Shown: in pieces, positions 53,591 through 64,000 of the stretch
Position numbering within the stretch: the first letter of the stretch is position 1
How the letters are laid out: every line of letters begins with the position of its first letter
From: Rhynchopus sp. YZ270_cl-10
Taxonomy: Eukaryota
Length of the DNA stretch: 64,000 bases
Assembly (NCBI GenBank): GCA_964035575.1
Contig: OZ037842.1
Coordinates: 1-64,000, forward strand
Direction: 5' to 3'
The notes under the pieces: generated by a model
Database searches by the model: none
What the model was told of the DNA's origin: nothing
What the model saw: only the letters and a program-made list of their open reading frames with translations
Program-made: the position numbers and the translations under genes

Positions 53591-55588
53591 TCACGCGGCA
53601 CGAATCTCTTTTATCGCCATGCACCAGTCGAACATCTCCTCTTCAGTCTCGCACTTCAGCTTGAATGTCCTGCAAGAACAGATTTTTTTCCATGAAAAAC
53701 ACAATATTCTGAGAAAAGCTACCAAAACGTTAACCGTTAACCTCACTCACCATTACATACTGCCCCTTGCAAGATCAAAACCTTGACCTGATGTGGCGTC
53801 TTTATTTTTTGAAAAAGTACATACTGAGCGGTCCGGGAGCTGAGATACCCATCGGTGTGTCCGTGCAATGTAAACGCGCCGCAGGAGGTCTGAAACAATG
53901 GTGTTTTTCCCCCTTTTCAACATTTTCTATTTCTGACATACCTCTGTACGGGGGTGCGTCTCGGCCTCGGTGAGGTGGATTGTGTAGTACGGCTTGCTTG
54001 TCTCGTCTGCGAAGACGTAGAGGTACTTGTCCATCGTGAGGACCGCGAGGTAGCGTGTGTAGCCTGTGAGGCCCTTGACCTTGAGGGGGCCTGCCTTGTG
54101 CACCATCTCGGAGTGCATGCTGTCCATGAGGGGCACCGTGGCACGTTCCTTCAGGACATCCTCAACAGACGGCTCTTCAGGTTTGTGCTCCACGTCGTCG
54201 TCCGTCTGCGTGCCAACGTCGTGCTCGTCCTCCTCCACGGGCGGTGCAGGGAAGCCCGTGCGCGACAGCATGTCCCAATACTCAGTCTCCGCAGTCTGCC
54301 ACACATCCACACACTTAGCCTGCCCCGTGCTCAGTTTGTCAAGTGCGGTAACAGCCTCTCGCTTGAAGGATTCAAAAACAGCACTATAATGGTTCGACTT
54401 CAGAATGTATTTGCGCTCGCACAGCCACAGCTGCGTGTCGCCCGCAGCAACGCTCGTTGCAGAGAGCAGCTGCAACGTCTGCTCAAACTGCGTCGCGGCC
54501 TCCTTGTGGGCGGTCTCGAGCTTCTTGGAGACAGAGCGCAGTTCGCTGGTGGCGCTGTCGACGTTGCTGGTGGCGTGCTTGCAGACGGCACGCAGGTTGC
54601 GGATGGCGCCGATCGCCAGCTCCGTGCCGTCCTCGCCTGCGAAGGAGATGATGGAAGAGTGCGTGCGCTCCTGCAGGCGGTCTGAGAGCACCTGCAGCGG
54701 GTTCACCAAGGAGACGGTGGTGGGGTCTTGCTTGCCGCTCGAGCGGAGTTGGTGCTCAGTCAGCTTCTGCACCCTGCGCATGACAGACCTGCGTGCCTCG
54801 ATGACACCCTCCATGTTGTCTGCCAGCACCTTCAGGTGGCGCCCCGACTTGGCCAGCTCTGCAGCCACCACACCGACACGCGCCTGCAGCGACGTGCCCT
54901 GCTTCGTCTCTGCGTCGTGTGCCTTGCAGCGTGACTCCTCATGTCGCTTCAGGTAGTTGATGCGCGCATTCTTGACGGTGTGTGCAGACTGCGCCTTTTC
55001 GACAAGCGCAGAGCTCGAGAACTCTGGCTTGACACATGCCGCACGCTTCCACACACGGCGCCGCACAAGACACGAGGCAGTTTTCTCCTTTGAGTACGGC
55101 CCGCCAAAGCCTACGGCATACTCCCACCCTGCGTGATCCGTGTGTGCGGTGGTCTCTAGGCGCCACTCCTCGCTGTGCCAGCAGCACTCCTTCGAGGGGT
55201 GCCCCCACACATCCGGTACAGGCCAGTCCTCACGACGCCGCTCGTACACTCCATCCTTGCACGACCACGCGTAGCGGTCTGTGGGCAGCACATTCGTCGA
55301 CCACCCGCTCAAGGGCACCCACCGCTGGTTCTCGTAGCTGACGGCGTGCGCGATGCAGTTGCCGTCAGGTCCCATGACGTTGTCCTCGCCGCGCCATTGC
55401 TTGTCGTCATTGACAAATGCACGGGGTGCACTTTCGGGTGTGGGGGAGGGGGCCTCGTGTGTTATGTGGGTCGTTTCCGTATCAGGGGCGGCGGTGGCTG
55501 TGGTGGCAGTTGCAGTGGCAGTGGCAGTGGTGGTGTGTTTGGCAGTGTTGCCTGTGGTTGTTGCTGGTGTCGTGTCAGAGTCAGTCAT
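53591..55588 (-). CDS. DysF (dysferlin/peroxin) domain, helical BAR-like region and PH domain protein; 3 exons (55588-53942, 53889-53825, 53669-53591)
   Basis: YENQRW..GW..TDRYAWS..GWEYA..VRRRVWKR. GTATGT..CAG introns at 53941-53890 and 53824-53670 join in frame to complete the PH domain (..QTFKLKCETEEEMFDWCMAIKEIRAA*). Confidence 0.9.
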
Positions 55589-56065
55589 GGTGTGTTGTGT
55601 CTATTCTGTGCGATTTTTGTTCTGTATTTCTTGGTGTCAAAACAAGAGTATGGAGCCAAAAGTAGCCAAAAAATACATTTCCCTCTAGATCTGTTCCTGT
55701 TGGATATATTTTTTTCTGCTCTTTTTTTGTATCGACAAATCACCATCTCCAAAACAAAACAAAAAGGAGAGTTTTTTGGGTTTTTGGTGTTTGACATCAT
55801 GATTTTTTGTTTTTCGACACTTTTCTATCAAAAAATATTGAATTTGGCGTCTTTTGGGTGGACCCAGGGTGTTCGCTGACAAAACTTCGAAGTGTTGAAA
55901 TTTGTTTTACGAGGGTTTTAAATATAAAACAAAGACGATTAAACCACCTCGACAAAAGGTATCCCCATTTTGTAGGGAGTAAAAAAGGGAGGGAGAGAGA
56001 GAGAAGCAACAAAGAACTGCAAATTTGCATCTTTGAAGAATCGACAAAATAAGGAAGGTTTATAA

Positions 56066-56098
56066 GATGAACCTAAGCCTCTCTCGTGCTTAGTCACC
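56066..56098. repeat. Dispersed ~33-bp hairpin motif family B (best copy)
   Basis: GATGAACCTAAGCCTCTCTCGTGCTTAGTCACC, with relatives near 35710, 36424, 38159, 57661, 57984 and 58932. Confidence 0.75.
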
Positions 56099-56572
56099 TT
56101 AAAAAAAAGAGAATAAATTGGCAAAGAATAACCTAAGCCTGCTTAGTCCTTTCGTAACCTTCACAAAGGGTTTGTCACCTTGATTGAAAAGAAACAAAAA
56201 ACAACCACCTCAAAACTAAGTTGTTGATACACATAAAAGACCACCTGACTGATTCCACCTCCACACGCTTTATTCATTTGAATTCACCGATTGTCTAGAT
56301 TTGTTTTTTAGGCAATAAGGCAAACATCAATGTTGAAATGTTATTCGCATTTTGCGGGTTTAGATACCCAAAAGGTTACAAGCATTCACATTTTCCAATA
56401 AAAAAGCGTGCTTTTTTGTGAATTCAGTCTTAACTTTACCATTTTTTTAACCAAAAGAGCATTTTTTTTCTCCTCCAGAAACTAGGGAAACAGCAGAACG
56501 GAGACGAAACGACAAAAGGGGGGTAGGATCGCAGTATGAGAAGGGCAGGGTAGGATGATGGTGAAGTAAACT

Positions 56573-56670
56573 GTAGTTGCCGATGCAGGCACACCTCTGA
56601 CTGACCCACGTACGATGACAGCCCCGGATGAAAGCACAAAGCACCCTGCGGCCTACGGTAACAAATGACT
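56573..56670. repeat. Dispersed repeat family A, copy 3
   Basis: GATGCAGGCACCTCTGACTGACCCACGTACGATGACAGCC..GCACCCTGCGGCCTAC. Confidence 0.85.
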
Positions 56671-59600
56671 TGAACTTTGTGGTTTTACCTGTATTTCACC
56701 GTTGTAAGCCAACGATGAAACTACAAGTCAAGTCAATTTCTTCACCATCATGCAGGAAGGGCATGGTATGTATGGGGAAAAGAGGGAGGAAAATGTGGAT
56801 CGGAGAAAGAAAAAAAAAATTTTTTTTTTGTGGATATTTGTGGATTGACAAAGCGCTGCTATGTTGTGCACACAAAAAAAAAACAAAAACAAAAACTGAA
56901 ACTGAAATTAAAAAAAACTGATCGAGACTTCATTTCCTCCACAAAAAAAAACACACACAACAAAAAGGGGCCCGCCCCAATGAAAGAGTTGAAAGAGAAA
57001 GCCTCACAGAACACCTGAAAAATAAATGACAGTAATGATTCACGCGGAGCATTTTTTTTTTTTTTTGGACCAAATGCTTATTCTATTTTTTTACTACTAT
57101 TTTTTTTTTTTTTTTTTTTTTTTTTTGAAAAATTCGTTGGAGTAGTGGGCCTGCTACTGTGATGCCACAACTGCGCACTTAATCTCCACTATTTTTCATC
57201 TGACAATATGTCATTGCAAATAAAACATACCCCCTCCCCACATCTTGCTGGGTCTGAGGGTTGGGTAAAAGAAAGCTTTTTTCCTTGGGGGGGAAAATGG
57301 GATTTTTGTTGGAAAACAGTGCAGAATAAAAAAGGATAGAGCCGTACAATGTAGCTTTTCCTACGCATATTCCTTGCACACTTTGCGCGGGGAGGGGATG
57401 AATGAAAGCTGTATTATGTATTTCAGATTTCTGATAATTTTTTTATATCAGACCACATCATAACATGCCAGATATGCCTGTAATATGAAGCCTTCTTCTC
57501 GCTCAAATACCTCATATTCAGCACAATACAGCCACCATCCTAAAGGGGGGGAACCCTTCATTTAAAAGGGGGGAAGAAGTTACATTAAATGATTTAAGCT
57601 AATCCACACGTTTTCCCACAGACCCACTTCCGCCCCCTCAGAAGAAAGAAAGGTATATGAGATGAACCAAAGCCTCTCGTGCTTAGTCACCTTGAATAAA
57701 TGGGTAGGGCTTTTAGACTGAAAGCCCTCTAAAGAAAAGACAGAGTCTTTCTCAAAAAAATGGGTACAAATGGCATCGTAAAGGCAAAGGGTATTTTAGT
57801 GTCAGATGAACACACCTTGGCCATAATGCGCGGAGACCCGAATCGGACGTTAAACCCGTTAAACTCGTTAAATTGGGATCTCTGCTTGACGCTTTGTATG
57901 TTCTGTATGTAGTGCCTTAACTCTGTGTAGATCTCTCCGATTTTCCGTCCAGTCTGTCAAAAAAACTTAAGAAAAAAATGGTAAGATGGAACATAAGCCT
58001 TACGTAGCCACCTTGAAAAGAAGAGGTTACGCACAGTGTAGCTCTCACGGTTCTGGATTGTGTACAACAGTGCTGTGATGTTTTTAAATTGTCGAAAAAA
58101 GAAAAAAAGAAAAAAAATAAAAATAAAAATAAAGAAAGAAAGGGATTACACAAAGGCTTTCAGACGTCTGAAAGGGAGACGTAACGCTATTTATTTAGAA
58201 TAGCAAACGTCTCCAATGGACGTAAGCCTAAAGGTGGGGGGGCGAGGTATCACTGTCTCCTATCACCCTATCTACTGTCACAGATTCGCAAAAAAAAAAA
58301 AGATACGAAAATGCCTTCCGAGAGTGCGTAAAATCAAACATTTTTATGTTTTTTTGAAAAACGTTTGATGAAAAAGGGGGGAAATTTAAAAAAAAAGTTT
58401 GTAAGAATGAACCTAAACCTTGCGCTTTATGCCGCCTTACAAATGGATAATACAAAAGCTAGCTGCAATCCTGCCGAATATTAGTTACACTTAATTAAAA
58501 GCCCTTCAGCTTCGAAGGACACAAGGCATGTGTCCTTCTTCGGAAGATGTAATCACCTCCCTTTGCATTGGCATCGTTACTCTCTACAGCTCAGACCCTA
58601 CAGAGGAAGGACGTGGAGAGATTGCACCTAGTAAAAAAAAAGTTGAAATACAACTGCCGGATCGAGACACCTTGGTATCGGCTGTAGCTGTGTGGTTGGA
58701 CCCCAACCATAAAAAAAGAGAAAAAGCTAATAAGTCCTATGTGCACACACATCAAAAAAATAAGAGAAATTTGATTAATGCAAAGTCCTCCCGTTGACAG
58801 TGTACCTTTGGTGCACCATAAGGCACCCCTAGATCCCATTTGCGTGGTTTACATCTGAGAGAAAAAAAAGCTAAGATGATTCTCAGCATTCTGCTACCTT
58901 GGCTGCCTAGGGGGGGAAGAGAAAGGTTGATGATGAACCTAAGCCTCTCTCGCTTACCTTTTAAAAAACGCCCAATATTTTTTGGTTAAAATGAGGAAGA
59001 TTTTTGTGGGGAAAAAAAAATTGTACATTCTCCATGGTCCATGTGCACAGTCACTCCACACCCTTTATACTGTACCCCTGAGAGTCGCATCTCCTGAGGT
59101 GTTTTATGCACACAAAACAAGATGCCGTACAAAGAAAATCAGCCTCAAGCCAAAGTAGAACAAGCGCAAATCCCTTGAAGGGTGTGTGGGGTCGTTCGTC
59201 CCTTGGAAGCTAACAGTAGGCCCACAGTCAAGGACCTCTTCCACCCAAAAAATGCGTTATTGACCAATCCCTCCTCACGAAATCCCACTACATAAAATAC
59301 CAAACAAAAAGGCTTGAAAAATACATCAATTAAAGATGAGGGTAACTACCTGCCCCCTCCTTCCCTAATACAAAGCCCTCTCGTGACAGAGTACCAAAAA
59401 AAAAGAAACACCCCCCCACCTCAATGTGAACACAATCAAAAATTGGCAAAATGAGCGTATGTCTTCGACCTCCAAAAATCAATAAAAATAAAAAATAAAA
59501 AATAAAAATAATGTTCAAGGAAGCGGGGTTTCTATCTTTGTCAATAGATAACCCCTTTTTTGACGTAAACAAAGCAATGGGGCTAAGGGGATCTGAGGAG

Positions 59601-59781
59601 TTGCCAGCGAAAAAAAAAAACTCCTTTACTGTTTGCTCAAACTGAGGCGGGAGGGGGGAGGGTAGGGGAGGGGATGGTTGAGAGAGGAAGATATGTATCG
59701 CTAGTTGTGTTCATTGCAGCATCGACAGGCCAGGTGTTTTTTTTTTTGCTTTTTTTTTTTTTTTTTTGCTTTTTTTTCGTA

Positions 59782-60437
59782 CAGGCCTTTTGCTAACCAT
59801 CATGCCATCATGCCACGTTTTTGGGCGTTTTTTATTTTTTTTTCCATCATGCCACCATCATGCCACGGGGGGTGGTGGGGCAAGGCTTTCGCTATCCATC
59901 ACCTGGGGATTTCCCCCCAGATGGCATGATGGCATGATGGCACCTTAAAATTTTTCTGCTCGCTGCGCTCGCGGAGGTATACCTCAAAAAAAATTCCGCT
60001 CGCTTCGCTCGCGCTGTACGCCATTTTCTTCCTGCCTACGGTGCCATTTTACAATGTCTAGGGGGATTCCCTTGCATTTTACAGCCAAAAATGAAACTTG
60101 ACTCAAGCTGCAAAAGTTTGACCATTTTTAGTTCAAAGTGACCCAACCGTTGCAACAGCCCCTGCTTCTGGAAGACGTATTGATTTTGTACGGTTAGTGT
60201 ACGTAAGGCGCAAGACCAAGCGCCGTTAATAAAGGATTAGATTCCGTTTTTTTGTTATCTCGCAAAGCTGACCCTTCGCCTCTCCACCCTGTGGCTGGCA
60301 GGGAGGCGCGCGCGAAGCGCGCGACGACCGCTTTCACCAGGTGGGAAAGCTCGGAATGTACTTTTTTTCCAGGAAATTATTTTTTTTTGACCATCATGCC
60401 ATTCAGGGGGAAAATCCCAACGTTAGCAAAAGGCCTG
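59782..60437. mobile_element. Non-autonomous DNA transposon (MITE), 656 bp
   Basis: 16-bp terminal inverted repeat (TIR) CAGGCCTTTTGCTAAC / GTTAGCAAAAGGCCTG. 9-bp direct repeat TTTTTCGTA at 59773-59781 and 60438-60446. Subterminal CCATCATG repeats. Confidence 0.85.
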
Positions 60438-60834
60438 TTTTTCGTACAACAATACAGGGCCCCAATCACCCCCCGCGAGAGCCATGACAACATAAATGTA
60501 CTCAAAGCTGTTGCCAAGTCTCTCTGGGACTCAACCATGGGTCCCATCCGTGTCTTGGCAACAAAATCGTTTTCACTGACTACACCTCGGATGCAGGCAC
60601 AAAAAAAAAAAAAGACCAAAAAGCCCTCTGCTTAGGTCATACCCTTTGCCATTTACCTACGGCAAAGTTATGTATTTTTCATCAAAGTGTTTTTCAAAAG
60701 AAGGGGGGAGAGAGTGGGGGAGGGAAAGGTGTTCTGCTTGATCCTTTTACACTACACAATACACTCACAGGCACCGATGCAAGGCACACGGTTTGTTTGT
60801 TTTTTTTTTGCCATGCCACAGAACCCCCCCGACC

Positions 60835-63800
60835 CTACATGTCGTAGCCACCTGGTTTGGGCGGGCTCGAAACGGAGGTAGTCATTTCGTTGGCGGTCTG
60901 CTGGTTGATTGCCTGGTCGAAGTCTTCGTTGAAGCACTGGTCCTCGTTCATGTGCTGGACAAACTCGGAGTAGTCGAGTGCCTGCGACTTCTTTCTGTAG
61001 TAGAAGGCAGCACCACCGACCAGTGCACAGCAGAGCAGAACACCAAGGATGATAGCGATAATGATCCCAATGTCAATCCCGCCGCCCCCATCACTGGAGC
61101 TCGACTCATCACCGGCGGCAGCACTGATGTCGCACCTCTTGAGCGTCTGAGCTGCAGTGATGCCCGACGTCGAGTGCTTTGCCCAGCTTGAGAACACCCG
61201 TCCCGACCCCGAAGCAAAGGCAAAGTCCCAAGCCTGTCCCTTGTCCAGCGGGTACATCTGGTTATCCACACCCAGAATGAACTTGAAGGTGAGCTTCCCC
61301 CCCACGTTGCTCGACTGGTACCACCAAATGTTCTGCAGCGTCGCTGCGTCGGCCTTCTCAGGTGTGCCGCCACTGCTCGTCACGATCTTGGCGTTCCCTG
61401 CTGCACCCTGTGTGTCAGCCACGAAGATGAGGAAGCCCTTCATGTTCTTCTCGGTAGAGGCAGGCCTCAGTGCCACACCACCGTATGTGTCCTCACCCGA
61501 GGGTGCAGGCATCTCGACAGTGAACTGCACACCGTCCTGTTTCTCGCCGAAGACGATGCCGAACTGGTACGACGCCGTCACATCTGGAACGGCTACACCG
61601 TCCTTCAAGAAGGTCAGCGGTGTTGCTGGGTGTGTCACGCCTTGCACAAGACACGGACTGAACGTGCCGTCGTAGAAGCGGCTCGAAGGCGGCGAGAACG
61701 TGCTGCCTGGCGGCGTTGCTGTGAAGGTGGGAGGTGGGGTTTAGGTAACAGATTACTATAGCATGGCTCTCTGTTTTCATCACTTTATTAAATAGCTCCG
61801 AAAAATGGCGTTTAGTGCTGTGTCTGGAGGGCGGGGTTGTCAAAAAAAGCAAAAAACTCCTGTGAAACTTGCTCAAAGCTTAAGTGGCAATAGTAGGCAA
61901 CGTCCAGAAGCAGATAAAACTGTAGTTATTGATGCAGGCACCTCCGACTGACCCACGTACGATGCCAGATACAACAGGCTTACTTGATATTTATCAAGTA
62001 TCTAGCTAGTTTATCATATTCAACCTGACGTGGGGGTAAGGGTAACATACGAGGAGGAGGCAGGGGTGCCAAAGTCCTAGGCGAGCGCGACTCACCTGCA
62101 CCGAGGGGGCCAAGTGTAGCAGGGACACGCGACTCGCCTGCTGGTGCTGCTGTGTCCGTGGGCGAGTAGCTTGCTTGGTATGGGGCCAGCGTTCTGTACG
62201 GAGCGAATGTGCTTGGCGTGTCGGTCAAAGGAGCGCGCGACAACCCAGGAGGTGCCTCCGAACTGTCTGGTGAGTACGTCGACGGTTGCCCAGGCGCGAA
62301 GGAACGTGGCACGGATGTGACGTACGGAGCCAACGTCCTCACGGGAAGTGGCGCACGTGAAGATCCTGCCGGTGCTTCGGACAAGTCTGGTGAATACGTC
62401 AGTGTGGCCGGGGAGAAAGACCTCGGCGTGCCCGTTCCAGGCACAGGGGCCAGCGTCACACCAGGTGCATCTGTGACAGGTGCACGTGAAGATCCTGCTG
62501 GTGCTTCAGTATCCTGTGGAGAATATGTCCCAGGGCTGAGGGACCTTACCACAGGCACTCCTGTGGCAGGTGCATCTGTCTGCGGGGGCAGTGTCAGCCC
62601 AGGCACATTGGTGATCGGAGCAACTGTCATTCCTGGTGGTGCCTGAGTCGTGTCAGGAGAGTATGTTCCGGGTGTCAGCGATCTTGGAGTGAACGTCGGC
62701 GGGGCAGGTGTGGGAGGTGCGTTTGTCTGTGGGGGAAGTGTGACTCCTGGAGCAGCTGTGATGGGTGCAACTGTCATTCCCGGTGGTGCTGGAGTCATGT
62801 CAGGAGAGTATGTTCCAGGTGCCAGTGATCTTGGAGTGATCGTCGGCGGTGCAGGTGTGGGAGGTGCGTTTGTCTGTGGAGGAAGTGTGACTCCTGGAGC
62901 AGCTGTGATTGGTGCAATTGTCATTCCTGGTGGTGCTGGAGTCGTGTCAGGAGAGTACGTTCCAGGTGTCAGTGATCTCGGGGTGATGGTCGGCGGTGCA
63001 GGTGTGGGAGGTGCATCTGTCTGTGGGGGAAGTGTCACTCCTGGAGCAGCTGTGATGGGTGCAACTGTCATTCCCGGTGGTGCTGGAGTTGTGTTAGGAG
63101 AGTATGTTCCAGGTGCCAGCGATCTTGGGGTGATGGTCGGAGGTGCAGGTGTGGGAGGTGCGTCTGTCTGTGGAGGCAGTGTGACTCCTGGAGCAGCTGT
63201 GATGGGTGCAACTGTCATTCCCGGTGGTGCCTGAGTCATGTCAGGAGAGTATGTTCCAGGTGCCAGCGATCTCGGGGTGATGGTCGGAGGTGCAGGTGTG
63301 GGAGGTGCATCTGTCTGTGGGGGAAGTGTGACTCCTGGAGCAGCCGTGATTGGTGCAACTGTCATTCCTGGTGGTGCTGGAGTTGTGTTAGGAGAGTACG
63401 TTCCAGGTGCCAGCGATCTTGGAGTGATGGTCGGCGGTGCAGGTGTGGGAGGTGCGTTTGTCTGTGGGGGAAGTGTCACTCCTGGAGCAGCTGTGATGGG
63501 TGCAACTGTCATTCCTGGTGGTGCCTGAGTCATGTCAGGAGAGTATGTTCCAGGTGCCAGCGATCTTGGGGTGATGGTCGGAGGTGCAGGTGTGGGAGGT
63601 GCGTTTGTCTGTGGGGGAAGTGTGACTCCTGGAGCAGCTGTGATTGGTGCAACTGTCATTCCTGGTGGTGCTGGAGTTGTGTTAGGAGAGTATGTTCCAG
63701 GTGCCAGCGATCTTGGGGTGATGGTCGGCGGTGCAGGTGTGGGAGGTGCATCTGTCTGTGGGGGAAGTGTCACTCCTGGAGCAGCTGTGATGGGTGCAAC

Positions 63801-64000
63801 TGTCATTCCCGGTGGTGCTTGAGTGGTGGCAGGAGAGTACGTTCCAGGTGCCAGCGATCTTGGAGTGATGGTCGGCGGTGCAGGTGTGGGAGGTGCGTTT
63901 GTCTGTGGAGGCAGTGTGACTCCTGGAGCAGCCGTGATAGGTGCAACTGTCATTCCCGGTGGTGCTGGAGTTGTGTTAGGAGAATACGTGCCAGGTGCCA
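60835..64000 (-). CDS. Type I membrane protein, 5' incomplete: Pro/Thr-rich 49-aa repeats, DOMON-like domain, TM, short tail; intron 62050-61719
   Basis: 147-bp repeats from ~62570 to 64000. A GTATGT donor at 62050 and CAG acceptor at 61719 join the 657-aa and 270-aa ORFs in frame (..PLPPP|PTPPGSTFS..). DOMON-like beta pattern with NMKG and AKH. TM IGIIIAIILGVLLCCALVGGAAFYY. Confidence 0.85.
61922..61968. repeat. Dispersed repeat family A, copy 4 (partial, intronic)
   Basis: GATGCAGGCACCTCCGACTGACCCACGTACGATGCCAG is identical to copy 2. Confidence 0.88.

Overview
Eukaryotic DNA, most likely a diplonemid (Euglenozoa). This is inferred from a diplonemid-type spliced-leader (SL) exon, GT-AG introns, receptor adenylate cyclases and all genes lying on one strand. 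The left ~25.5 kb is a repeat island: four perfect microsatellite types, a 379-bp satellite, a foldback element, palindromic MITE-like elements and several same-orientation retro-insertions. The main insertion is an ~10.9-kb, apparently intact CRE/SLACS-like non-LTR retrotransposon (minus strand, 10188-21071). Its 5' end is a complete SL exon fused directly to a well-formed HDV-like ribozyme fold, and the predicted cleavage-site G is the last base of the SL exon. Its polyprotein carries two OTU-like protease domains flanking ZnF-RT-RLE. An ~1-kb non-coding element with a homologous 5' end and a 5'-truncated copy lie next to it. The right ~38 kb is a minus-strand gene cluster: three near-identical SBP-TM-pseudocyclase receptors, two receptor adenylate cyclases, a 3-exon DysF/PH gene and a Pro/Thr-repeat DOMON-like membrane protein. 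All domain and RNA-structure calls were made by eye; no searches were run.
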